The position numbers and the translations under genes were made by a program. DNA of 64,000 bases from an uncultured Candidatus Binatia bacterium. GTDB taxonomy: Bacteria; Desulfobacterota; Binatia; Bin18. The stretch's first letter is position 1. Each line of letters begins with the position of its first letter. Of this stretch, positions 10,387 to 19,329 are shown one piece after another. The stretch spans positions 512,001 through 576,000 of the forward strand of contig OZ243961.1 of NCBI GenBank assembly GCA_965214605.1. Reading direction: 5' to 3'. The notes under the pieces were generated by a model. That model was not told the origin of the DNA. It saw only the letters and a list, made by a program, of their open reading frames with translations, and searched no databases.

Positions 10387-11136
10387 ATGAACTGGAACCC
10401 CGCTCCTGCGTATCCCGACTATGTGTGGCAACTGTCCCACCTCTTGCCCTCCCCAATATACCGAGAGCCACCGCTCCACCCCGGCAACGACAAACCCATC
10501 TTACTGATTCCAGGCTTTCTGGCTGGTGACTGGACGCTGCGGGTCCTGTCCGGTTGGCTGAACCGCCTTGGCTACCGGTCCTACCTGTCCGGCATTGACT
10601 GGAATGTTGACTGTCCGAACCGCACCGGCGAACTCCTGGGCTGGCGAGTCGACCACATTCTTCAAGAAACCGGTCAGCCGCTAATTGTCATTGGACACAG
10701 TCTGGGCGGCATGCTGGCACGTTTTCTGGGCGCGACCTATCCAAAAAAAATCAGCACTGTCATCGCCCTTGGCTCGCCGCTCACTCCCCCTGTCCAGGTC
10801 AACCCCATCGTCTTGATGACCTCCCACGTCTTATACCCGATCAGACGGATTCGTGGCCGCGTGCCACCCGAGTGCGGCAGTTTGGAATGTGAGTGTCGGT
10901 TTCAACAGACGGCTTTTGGACCCCTGCCCTCGGGTGTCGACTTCGCCTCCATCTTCTCTAAAGAGGACGAAGTCGTCGCTTGGCACTCCAGTATTGACCC
11001 CGAAGGCCATAATCTTCAGGTCCCGGGAAGACACTTAGGGTTGATTGTGAATCGCTATGTCTATCAAGCCCTGCTAGAGGTTCTATCGAAGGGCTTTGAC
11101 AACTCCGTTGAGGCTCTTGTCGATGAGAACGACTAG
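10387..11136 (+). CDS. Lipase-like alpha/beta hydrolase
   Basis: PILLIPGF, GHSLGG, SKEDEVV, GRHLGL (Ser-Asp-His triad). Confidence 0.88.
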   Translation: MNWNPAPAYPDYVWQLSHLLPSPIYREPPLHPGNDKPILLIPGFLAGDWTLRVLSGWLNRLGYRSYLSGIDWNVDCPNRTGELLGWRVDHILQETGQPLIVIGHSLGGMLARFLGATYPKKISTVIALGSPLTPPVQVNPIVLMTSHVLYPIRRIRGRVPPECGSLECECRFQQTAFGPLPSGVDFASIFSKEDEVVAWHSSIDPEGHNLQVPGRHLGLIVNRYVYQALLEVLSKGFDNSVEALVDEND

Positions 11137-11207
11137 CACCTTGACAAGGCAGGAGCGGGATGAAGATGAAAAAATACCTGCCCCCCCCAATCTCGTGTTC
11201 CATCCAC

Positions 11208-11702
11208 TCAGCGACTAAACGGTTCCTTATAGGTTGAGTCTGGCTCATCTATGGGAATTGCAAACGATTGAGCAGCGTCGTTTCTTGCTATTATTTCCTT
11301 GGTGTAGATGTTCACGTCCCAGAGGGCTTCGCTGTCGCCGTCTTGATTCTTAAAGGTAAAGCGGACCCAATAGTTTCCAGTCCGAAACTGATCAAGCACA
11401 TTAAAATATTGACTCAAAGTTTCGATAATGCGGTCCTTTTGAGAAGGCAGGCCGGCTGTCCATGGACCCAACTCCCAGGGGGCACCAGCGCGGGCACTGT
11501 CCCGAGAGCGTTTCTCAATATTTGAGATCACACTAAACAGCCCCCTCTCTCCAGTATACGACTTGACCATCTGAATGGCTTGTTTTTCCTTGGCTCCCAT
11601 CTCAGTCGGTTCCCCACCACACCCAGCCAGTATGCCCAGCCCAAACACAACCAGCACAGAAACCCTCAGCACGTTCTTGATGTACGGCAATGTGGATCGC
11701 AT
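11208..11702 (-). CDS. Hypothetical lipoprotein
   Basis: Hydrophobic signal ending in lipobox LAGC; GAGGGG before ATG 11702. Confidence 0.7.
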   Translation of the reverse strand: MRSTLPYIKNVLRVSVLVVFGLGILAGCGGEPTEMGAKEKQAIQMVKSYTGERGLFSVISNIEKRSRDSARAGAPWELGPWTAGLPSQKDRIIETLSQYFNVLDQFRTGNYWVRFTFKNQDGDSEALWDVNIYTKEIIARNDAAQSFAIPIDEPDSTYKEPFSR

Positions 11703-11893
11703 CCCCTCACCCTCCAAACGAGAAAAATTCAGCCAGGACAGCACGTTTGAGTCTACCACGGTACCGACACTTGACCTCCGTCCCGGCTGCTCTTTGGGAA
11801 TTATACCGTGAAAGAAGTCCTCGGTCCATGCCCAATTCCGAGCGGTCTTTGGCCAGGAAAAATGGAGACAACTCAGACCGAGTCTTGCATCTT

Positions 11894-11909
11894 TGTCACC
11901 TAGGTGACA
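11894..11909. promoter_or_regulatory. Perfect palindrome TGTCACCTAGGTGACA, candidate Crp/Fnr (CooA-type) site
   Basis: TGTCA-N6-TGACA in the divergent region upstream of the Crp/Fnr gene. Confidence 0.6.
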
Positions 11910-11969
11910 CACATGAGGCGAGCGAAGCAGCGCTCTGCTGTTTCAGACATCCAAGCGGGACAAGGGAGA

Positions 11970-12674
11970 ATGATACGCCAACCCGTTCTAAACATCATGA
12001 GCTTACGTCGCATGAAGACGTTCGCCAGAGCTTCCGATCGTCAACTCCGAGCTATTTTGTCTGAGATCACCCTAGAGCGCTTTGAGCGCCGGACAACGCT
12101 CTTTCACCAGGGCGACCCATCCGACTCTCTCTACGTCTTGGTTTCGGGTGTGATCAAGCTCTCGCTGTGCACGCCGGAGGGCGAGGATATTCTGGTCAGC
12201 CTGATTTCACCAGGCGAACTGTTCGGCATTACGTCTCTGTTGCCAGGCATGCAGCGACCGTTTCAGAGTGAGGCGTTTAGTGACTGCTGGGTGGGCCGCC
12301 TGTCGGCCGAGGCTTTGGTTAGCACCCTGCTCGGCGTTCCGTTTGCCGACTTTAGCGCACTGATGGACGGCACGGTCAGCCGCTGGTTCGGCCTACTCCA
12401 CCGCTACGCCCACTTTCAGGGCCTTGATCTCCAACATCGTCTGGCCTTTGCTCTACTGGAGCTGGCTCAAAAATTCGGGGTCCAAGAGTCGCGGGGGACA
12501 CTCCTCATTCTCCAGCTCACCCACGAAGACCTGGCCGATTTGGTCGGGGCCTCGCGTCAAAAAGTTACTGAACATATGCGGACCCTGGAACGAAAATCCC
12601 TACTCCAACGGGAGGGGCGCAGGCTCATTGTGTCAACCCAAGGTCTACGCGAGTTGGTCCAGATTGAGCACTAA
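11970..12674 (+). CDS. Crp/Fnr family transcriptional regulator
   Basis: cNMP-fold LFHQGDPSDSLYVLVSG...PGELFG; HTH LTHEDLADLVGASRQKV. Confidence 0.93.
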   Translation: MIRQPVLNIMSLRRMKTFARASDRQLRAILSEITLERFERRTTLFHQGDPSDSLYVLVSGVIKLSLCTPEGEDILVSLISPGELFGITSLLPGMQRPFQSEAFSDCWVGRLSAEALVSTLLGVPFADFSALMDGTVSRWFGLLHRYAHFQGLDLQHRLAFALLELAQKFGVQESRGTLLILQLTHEDLADLVGASRQKVTEHMRTLERKSLLQREGRRLIVSTQGLRELVQIEH

Positions 12675-12701
12675 AAAAGGGGCTGCGGACAGCCCCTTTT
12701 T
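12673..12701. terminator. Bidirectional intrinsic terminator
   Basis: AAAAAAGGGGCTG-CGGA-CAGCCCCTTTTT between convergent genes. Confidence 0.9.
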
Positions 12702-12720
12702 GTACCATAAACCCTAAAGT

Positions 12721-13035
12721 CTAAACGCTGCTGGCCTCCTCTTCGGCTTCGGCCGGCTTGTCTAGCTGCCACAGTTGGCGTGCCAGCGTTGTTGAGGAAC
12801 CAATGACCTGCTTAGCCAAAGAGAGCTGAGCCTCGAACATCGGTGCCATTGGAGTTTTCTTGACCCAGGCGGTTGTTTGTTCGCTCATTTCCAGGGCTTG
12901 AGTGGCCCATCTCTCGCTGTTGTCAATATAACGTGCCGCCATCTCCCGCATCGGAGCCAACATTGGGGCGTTAGACAGATTCAGCTCACCCAATACTTTA
13001 GTAAAAGGATTGTTGGTCCATAGATTGTCAGCCAT
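12721..13035 (-). CDS. Small amphipathic helical protein, phasin/lipid-body-like (hypothetical)
   Basis: 104 aa, Ala/Met/Leu/Gln-rich, acidic tail, strong GAGGAGG RBS, upstream TTGCAA-N17-TAGCAT. Confidence 0.65.
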   Translation of the reverse strand: MADNLWTNNPFTKVLGELNLSNAPMLAPMREMAARYIDNSERWATQALEMSEQTTAWVKKTPMAPMFEAQLSLAKQVIGSSTTLARQLWQLDKPAEAEEEASSV

Positions 13036-13098
13036 GATGTTCTCCTCCTCAGCTTAGATTAACGCTTCTGTTTTCTCGTGCTTGCCCACTTGGCGTAG

Positions 13099-13162
13099 AT
13101 GCTAACTCATATCGCTAACTTTTGCAAGCGATTAAGGCACGAAACTCGTCACTTCGGTGACA
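13099..13162 (-). promoter_or_regulatory. Sigma70 promoter with upstream Crp-type site
   Basis: -35 TTGCAA (13127-13122), 17 bp, -10 TAGCAT (13104-13099); TGTCA-N6-TGACG at 13162-13147. Confidence 0.55.
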
Positions 13163-13173
13163 TCATTGGGACT

Positions 13174-13542
13174 TTAGACCAATTCTTCGCCTTCGTTAAG
13201 TCTACGAAACGAGCGGTACATGTCGATCAGTATTTCTCGCTGACGGGCCGACAGCTGAGGGTCATGCATGACCGCTCTTACCACATCGCTGTCTTCGGTC
13301 TCTTGGGGATCGAGAATACCCGCTTGCGTATAGAGTGTTTCGGCGGAGAGTTTCAATCCTTTGGCCAGAGACTGGAGGATCACGCTGCTTGGCACGCGCA
13401 GGCCACGCTCAATTTGACTGAGGTATGGATTGGAAATGCCGCACATATCGGCCAGCTGACGAATGGACAGCCGGGACAGCTCCCGTTGGCGGCGGAGAAA
13501 CTCGCCTAAACTCACATACGGGTCAGGTTTTTTCGCGGCCAC
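13174..13542 (-). CDS. XRE family regulator, Rv0474/MLDSR-like
   Basis: LGEFLRRQRE..SIRQLADMCGISNPYLSQIERGLRVPS..SAETLYTQAGIL..REILIDMYRSF; GTG 13542 lies 7 nt after TTGCAT-N17-TAGCAT. Confidence 0.88.
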   Translation of the reverse strand: MAAKKPDPYVSLGEFLRRQRELSRLSIRQLADMCGISNPYLSQIERGLRVPSSVILQSLAKGLKLSAETLYTQAGILDPQETEDSDVVRAVMHDPQLSARQREILIDMYRSFRRLNEGEELV

Positions 13543-13600
13543 ACTTCCGATGCTAACGCACCTTGCTTGTGAATGCAAGCAGTGGCCGAGCCACGGCGGA

Positions 13601-14485
13601 TCACTCAATCGGCATACCGGCCTTCTTGGCCCGCTCCAACACAATCCGCTCGATGTCAGCAATCGGACCGTCAATCATCCGCCCCCGAAAGGCGACCGCT
13701 CCCTTGCCCTCGGCCACCGCCCCTTCAAAAGCCGCGACGAGGTCTCGTGCATAGGCAACTTCTTCCGCTGTCGGGGAGTAGACCGCATTCACCGGCTCAA
13801 TCTGATTGGGATGAATGCACGCTTTGCCCTCGTAGCCGAGCTGCTTGCCCTGCCGTGTTTCAGCCACCAAGCCTTCCACATTGGGAATGTCCAGATAAAC
13901 GTTATCGATCGGGACAATGCCGGCCGATTTGGCTGCGATCACCACCTGGCAGCGGGCGTGCATGACAATCCCGTCGATTGATGGGCCGGCCTGAATTCCC
14001 ATCGCCAGCGAAAAATCTCCATGCCCAAACGCCAGGCCGGCCAGACGCGGGCCGGCCTGGGCCAGGCTAAAAGCGCTGCCAATCGCCTGCGGCTGCTCAA
14101 TCAGTGGCAGCAACACCACCGAACCCGGATTCCGTCCGGAGCGTTCCTCGGCCAGCGAGACGAGTTTGTCCACAAACCGGATACCCTCAACCGTGTTGGT
14201 TTTGGGGACGACTAGCCCATCCGCCCCGGCCTCGACCATGGCCAGCACGTCATCCAGAAAATACGGCGTATCAAGATCGTTGATTCGCACTGTGCGCTCA
14301 AAGCGATCGAAGCCACTATCGCTCAACACATCTTTGAGCGTCTCGCGGGCAATGGCTTTCCGTTCGGGAGCAACAGCGTCTTCAAGATCAAAAATCAGAC
14401 TATCGGCCTGGCAATTTTGGGCTTTGGCAAAAAACCGCTCACTACTGGCCGGAACAAACAACAGACTACGGCGCAGACGCGACAT
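13601..14485 (-). CDS. CitE-like acyl-CoA lyase (HpcH/HpaI family)
   Basis: RRSLLFVP, DLEDAV, VRIN, GKACIHPNQ, MIDGP. Confidence 0.9.
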   Translation of the reverse strand: MSRLRRSLLFVPASSERFFAKAQNCQADSLIFDLEDAVAPERKAIARETLKDVLSDSGFDRFERTVRINDLDTPYFLDDVLAMVEAGADGLVVPKTNTVEGIRFVDKLVSLAEERSGRNPGSVVLLPLIEQPQAIGSAFSLAQAGPRLAGLAFGHGDFSLAMGIQAGPSIDGIVMHARCQVVIAAKSAGIVPIDNVYLDIPNVEGLVAETRQGKQLGYEGKACIHPNQIEPVNAVYSPTAEEVAYARDLVAAFEGAVAEGKGAVAFRGRMIDGPIADIERIVLERAKKAGMPIE

Positions 14486-14513
14486 GCGACACTCCTTCCC
14501 CCAAGCGTGACGA

Positions 14514-15716
14514 TCAAATAACACCCAACTCCTTCAGCTCCGCTAAGCGCTCAGGGGACATCCCCAACTTTCCACAGTAGATCTCCTCGTTGTCGGCTCC
14601 CATATGAGTCGGGCCGGTCCAACGAATTGCGCCTGGCGTTCGACTCAGCGCCGGCACCACATTTTGCATTTTTAGCGGTCCTAGTTCTGGGTCGGTGACC
14701 GTGGTAATGGTTTCCCGCGCCCGAAAGTGGCTATCGGCCAGGATTCCCTCGATATCGTATACCGCCACCGCCGCACAGTCGTACTGGTCAAACTGTTTGA
14801 GCGCCTCTTCGAGCGTTTGCTGGGCAATCCAGCCGCCCACAATCTCATCGACTAGGTCAATGTTTTCGATCCGCGCCCGGTTATCTTTAAAGCGTGGATC
14901 GTGGATCAAGTCGGGCCGGCCAATAGCGGAAAACACCCGTCCGGCCAAAGCATGCGCATTAGCCGATAGAGCCAGCCACTTGTTGTCCTTGGTCTTATAG
15001 ATATTGCGCGGCGCCCCAATAGACGGGACGCGGTTGCCGGTGCGCTGCTGAATAATACCCAATTGGTCATAGCTCAGCGCCTGATCCCCGGTGATGGTAA
15101 AAATCGGCTCCAGCACACTTAGGTCAATCATCTGGCCTTCGCCGCTGTGATGATCGCGTTCGTATAGGGCAAACATCACTGCCCAGGTCCCAAACTGGCC
15201 CGCCACGGCATCCGCCAACCCAAAGCCCGGCAGGGTCGGCGGCCCATCCGGTTGGCCGGTGATATGGGCAAAACCGCTCATCGCCTCAGCTAGGGTTCCG
15301 AACCCAGGTTTATCCTTGTAGGGGCCGGTTTGGCCGAAGCCCGACACCCGGGCGAGAACCAGCCGGGGATTCAGGGCGTGCAGCACCTCCCAGCCCAACC
15401 CCCAACGCTCCAGCGTTCCGGGACGGAAATTTTCGGTCAGCACGTCGGCGTCGGCAACCAACTGTTTCAAAATCTCCTGACCCGCCGGTTTGCTCAGGTC
15501 CAGAGTGATGCACTTTTTGTTGCGGTTCGTGATCTTCCACCACAGCGGAATACCGTTCTTGGCCGCCCCCAACGAGCGTAAACTATCGCCCAATCGGGGG
15601 TGTTCAACCTTGACAACCTCGGCTCCAAAATCGCCCATGTTTTGTGAAATCGTTGGCGAGGCAAATAGAACGGAGATATCAACAACCTTGAGTCCTTCAA
15701 GTGGTGGCCGTGGCAT
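14514..15716 (-). CDS. Class III CoA transferase (CaiB/BaiF)
   Basis: GAEVVKVE, RNKK, ENFRPG, SGFGQTGPY, catalytic Asp in GLADAVAG. Confidence 0.93.
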   Translation of the reverse strand: MPRPPLEGLKVVDISVLFASPTISQNMGDFGAEVVKVEHPRLGDSLRSLGAAKNGIPLWWKITNRNKKCITLDLSKPAGQEILKQLVADADVLTENFRPGTLERWGLGWEVLHALNPRLVLARVSGFGQTGPYKDKPGFGTLAEAMSGFAHITGQPDGPPTLPGFGLADAVAGQFGTWAVMFALYERDHHSGEGQMIDLSVLEPIFTITGDQALSYDQLGIIQQRTGNRVPSIGAPRNIYKTKDNKWLALSANAHALAGRVFSAIGRPDLIHDPRFKDNRARIENIDLVDEIVGGWIAQQTLEEALKQFDQYDCAAVAVYDIEGILADSHFRARETITTVTDPELGPLKMQNVVPALSRTPGAIRWTGPTHMGADNEEIYCGKLGMSPERLAELKELGVI

Positions 15717-15782
15717 GACTGCCCATCCCTTCTGTCCGCGGTCTTGTCGCCCGGAGGGTGCGGGACCGGCAACACTCGGGCA

Positions 15783-16781
15783 TCACTCTCGCTCTAACCA
15801 CACATCCGGCGAGGTCACAACCCCATGTCGGGCAAAGATAGCGCTGATCTCCGACATATCGGTCTCTGAAATCTCCCAACCTAGCGCGCCAACATTCTCC
15901 TCCACCTCGGTTTTGTTACGGCAGCCCACCAACGCGGTGCTGACCACTGGGTTGGACGTTGTCCAGCGCAGGGCAAACTGCGGCAAGCTTTTACCATAGC
16001 TGGCCGCCATACCTTTGAGTTCCTCAACCGCCGCAAGATTACGTGGGAAGTATTCTGGACCAAACAGGGTCTGGAACAAATTAATGCCGCCCATCCGCCC
16101 CTGACGGGAACGCCAGTCGTCATCCTCAAAGTTCATGTCAGCGCTGAATGTCCCAGTCAACAGTCCGTAGGCCAAGGATCCGTAGGCCATCACCCCGATG
16201 CCCTGCTCACGGCAGTAGGGAAAGATATCTTTGTGCATCCGCTGGTCAAACATATTCCAGCAATACTGGGCGACATCGACCCGACGGGTCTGCATGCAGG
16301 TCTCAATCTGCTGACGTCGAAAGTTGGAAATGCCAACAAAACGGACTTTGCCCTGCTCGACGAGGTCCTCAAGCGCGCGCATGGTTTCATCAAACGGAGT
16401 GTTCACATCCGGCCAGTGGACTAGGTAGACATCAACGTAGTGAGTGTTTAAGTGGCTCAGACTTTTTTCAATGGAATCTATCACCCGCTGGCGGCTGCTG
16501 TCACGGAAGTTGGGCGCCTCCTTGTAGCCAACCCCAAATTTAGTGACTATAATGGCGTCTTTGCGCCGTGTGCCGAGCGCTTTGGCCAGCGATTTCTCTG
16601 AGGCTCCAAAGCCATATGCTTCGGCTGTATCAAAGCAGTTAATGCCTAAATCGAGTCCGTGCTGCACCGCCTCAATGAATTGGCTCTCCTCAATGCTGCC
16701 GTAGCCGCCGCCAATCTCCCAGCAACCGACACCTATGGCTGAGACCTGTAGACCTGTATTACCAAATGGACGATATTCCAT
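15783..16781 (-). CDS. Aldo/keto reductase
   Basis: DTAEAYG, IVTKFG, DVYLVHWPD, GISNF, AYGSLAYGLLTG. Confidence 0.93.
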   Translation of the reverse strand: MEYRPFGNTGLQVSAIGVGCWEIGGGYGSIEESQFIEAVQHGLDLGINCFDTAEAYGFGASEKSLAKALGTRRKDAIIVTKFGVGYKEAPNFRDSSRQRVIDSIEKSLSHLNTHYVDVYLVHWPDVNTPFDETMRALEDLVEQGKVRFVGISNFRRQQIETCMQTRRVDVAQYCWNMFDQRMHKDIFPYCREQGIGVMAYGSLAYGLLTGTFSADMNFEDDDWRSRQGRMGGINLFQTLFGPEYFPRNLAAVEELKGMAASYGKSLPQFALRWTTSNPVVSTALVGCRNKTEVEENVGALGWEISETDMSEISAIFARHGVVTSPDVWLERE

Positions 16782-16853
16782 TCGCTTGCTCCTTTTCCCG
16801 ATAATCGGTATTTTTAGCAGGCAATAAGCTGCAAATGTTGCGGGTGTGTGGAT

Positions 16854-17970
16854 GCTGCGGATTGCGGCCATTTCTCAGTTTGCTATACTCGTCGGCATCT
16901 CGCAGGCAATGCAGGTTGAGCTGCGGATTGCGGCCATTTCTCAGTTTGCTATACTTCGCCGAGGTACTCACGATCAGCACGTCGGGCTGCGGATTGCGGC
17001 CATTTCTCAGTTTGCTATACTTTTGCCACGCGGGTGGTGAGCTGGCAACCCGCTGCGGATTGCGGCCATTTCTCAGTTTGCTATACTCTTCACGCAGACA
17101 CACTCGATGCGGTAATAGCTGCGGATTGCGGCCATTTCTCAGTTTGCTATACTTCCCACGAGGACGGACTCACCTTCGAACATCGCTGCGGATTGCGGCC
17201 ATTTCTCAGTTTGCTATACTTTGCCCTGCCGCGAATCCCTGCTTTGCCAAGCTGCGGATTGCGGCCATTTCTCAGTTTGCTATACTCAAAGCCGTTGACG
17301 GAATCACTCCGGGTGAGCTGCGGATTGCGGCCATTTCTCAGTTTGCTATACTGAAACCGGGCCTGCGCCCGGTCCGTGGGGAGCTGCGGATTGCGGCCAT
17401 TTCTCAGTTTGCTATACTTGTTCGTAGTGCAGCGTACCGTGCTCGTAGCTGCGGATTGCGGCCATTTCTCAGTTTGCTATACTCTTCGAGCGTAAACGTG
17501 TGCTGCTGCTTCGAGCTGCGGATTGCGGCCATTTCTCAGTTTGCTATACTTAATCTGCAATCGCTCTGTCGCAAGTGTCAGCTGCGGATTGCGGCCATTT
17601 CTCAGTTTGCTATACTGATGTCCCGGCCTACCCAGCTTCAACCGTAGCTGCGGATTGCGGCCATTTCTCAGTTTGCTATACTGTCGGGTGGGTGAAGGAG
17701 ACCTGCGCGCAGGCTGCGGATTGCGGCCATTTCTCAGTTTGCTATACTTCCCCCGCGTCAACCCCTTGCGTGACTTTTGCTGCGGATTGCGGCCATTTCT
17801 CAGTTTGCTATACTCAACAAGGAAGACACCCCCCCGGCTGCGAGAACGCGATATCGAAGCGGCTGCGGATTGCGGCCATTTCTCAGTTTGCTATACTTCA
17901 TGACCGGCCTGGAAATCACCTCACAACCAATGTCGCTGCGGATTGCGGCCATTTCTCAGTTTGCTATACT
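16854..17970 (+). CRISPR. Type II-C CRISPR array, 17 repeats and 16 spacers
   Basis: Identical 36-bp repeat GCTGCGGATTGCGGCCATTTCTCAGTTTGCTATACT; 14 spacers of 29-31 bp, last two 47 and 37 bp; each repeat ends in extended -10 TGcTATACT, implying + strand transcription. Confidence 0.99.
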
Positions 17971-17998
17971 GCCCCCGCCGCAAGGGGCTGAAAAGACA

Positions 17999-18072
17999 CC
18001 GTTTTCCCTCCTCTCGGCCACTAAAAAAACTCCAATTGGGCGGGAGGGGGAGACGGCTTTTCCCGTTTTTTT
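17999..18072 (+). terminator. Putative terminator of the array transcript overlapping the cas2 3' end
   Basis: CCGTTTTCCCTCCT pairs (with G-U) to GGGAGGGGGAGACGG, followed by T runs. Confidence 0.55.
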
Positions 18073-18374
18073 CCCACATATACCTTGATACGACCGAACT
18101 GTTTGTCAGTAATCGTCAAAAAGCGGATCTCGCCGGCTGACGGGACGCGGGCAGCCATACGCTCTATGTGGACGTTCGCATTTTCAATAGACGCGCAATG
18201 CCGTGAGTACACAGAATACTGCATCATGGTGAAGCCGCCGTCCAACAGATCCTTGCGAAAACGAGCGTAGGCTCTTCGCGCCTTTGCCGTGTCGGTCGGT
18301 AAATCGAACATTACAATGACCCACATGGAGCGCCATCCCCAAGGAATCTGTGGTACGGGCCGCCAGCGCGCCAT
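18021..18374 (-). CDS. cas2: CRISPR-associated endonuclease Cas2
   Basis: MWVIVMFDLPT, FRKDLLDGGFTMMQYSVYSR, ITDKQF; TGATG overlap with cas1. Confidence 0.97.
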   Translation of the reverse strand: MARWRPVPQIPWGWRSMWVIVMFDLPTDTAKARRAYARFRKDLLDGGFTMMQYSVYSRHCASIENANVHIERMAARVPSAGEIRFLTITDKQFGRIKVYVGKKREKPSPPPAQLEFF

Positions 18375-19318
18375 CAATTGTCCTCGTTGTCATCCAAGTC
18401 ATCCAATGGCTCCGGTTCCAAGGGCAGTCCTTCCGGGAGTGACAGGTTCGGATCATCGCCTGTCAGGGCACGGCAGAGGGAAGTCGCACTGGCCTGGAAG
18501 GCGAGCAGCAACGGCATGCGGTGTCCACTGACTTGAACCGTTTCGTTGAACAGTGACAGCAGCGCAGCTCGGGTTTCTTGCTGCGAAAGTTCTGGCAGCG
18601 GGTCTTTTTCATTGTTTGCCAACAGTTTTACCCGCCAGTCTACATACGGCCGATACGGCTCAAACAGATCGTCCGCCAGGCAGAACGGGTTACCCCTGTT
18701 TCGGTGGTGTACGCCGAGCGAAGGAATCAGCCCAGCGGCGACAATAGCTCGTGCGATTGCGGATCGGACCACAGCGTAGCCGTAATTCAACAGGGCGTTC
18801 ACTCCGTCAGCGCCTCGGTCACGGCGAAACGTCGCGCCAAATAGACGCGGCCAGTAGCGTTGTGCGGCTTGAGCTTCAAGATTGTCCGGGTCGCCCGAGC
18901 GCACCCGTCGTACCATAGGCCCGAGGCCGCCGTGTTCTCCGGTAAAATGCGTCAGCACCGCCGCCTGCTGGGTAATTTTCGCCCGGATGAGTGCCTGCCA
19001 TATCCGTTTTTTCACTGGTTCACGTACGGCCACCTGGGCACGGTGACGTTCGGTCTGAACATGGTGGGCGTCAAGCGGCAACATCATGCCTACAGGAAGA
19101 TGATCACGGCCCGACACCACAATAGTCGCTCCGGCGTCTAGCAGTTCAAGAAATACCGATTGCGTGTAGGTAGCGCGTACATCGTCCACGATCACTACCC
19201 CCAGGTCCTCTATGGGTCTCGTAACCTTGGGCCGATCAGGACGGTCTATGACGAGCTGTCGATGGGAAACGGAAAGACGTGTCCCCGGTGTGGAGAATTC
19301 CAGGGTTTTACGGATCAT
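18374..19318 (-). CDS. cas1: Type II Cas1
   Basis: SGDPDNLEAQAAQRYW, NALLNYGYAVVR, GVHHRN, LADDLFEPYRP. Confidence 0.98.
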   Translation of the reverse strand: MIRKTLEFSTPGTRLSVSHRQLVIDRPDRPKVTRPIEDLGVVIVDDVRATYTQSVFLELLDAGATIVVSGRDHLPVGMMLPLDAHHVQTERHRAQVAVREPVKKRIWQALIRAKITQQAAVLTHFTGEHGGLGPMVRRVRSGDPDNLEAQAAQRYWPRLFGATFRRDRGADGVNALLNYGYAVVRSAIARAIVAAGLIPSLGVHHRNRGNPFCLADDLFEPYRPYVDWRVKLLANNEKDPLPELSQQETRAALLSLFNETVQVSGHRMPLLLAFQASATSLCRALTGDDPNLSLPEGLPLEPEPLDDLDDNEDN

Positions 19319-19329
19319 GGCGGACTCAC

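Noticed and set aside
16818-16853. GCTGCAAATGTTGCGG as a degenerate terminal repeat
   Set aside because: Wrong spacing from repeat 1 and only partial similarity
16956-17934. Self-targeting: 10-12 nt matches of spacers to about 15438, 20927, 23551 and 35176
   Set aside because: Too short, expected by chance in 64 kb; my search was by eye, so longer matches are not rigorously excluded
16759-18088. Repetitive ORFs (LRIAAISQFAIL, CGLRPFLSLLY, YSKLRNGRNPQ)
   Set aside because: Translations of the CRISPR repeat
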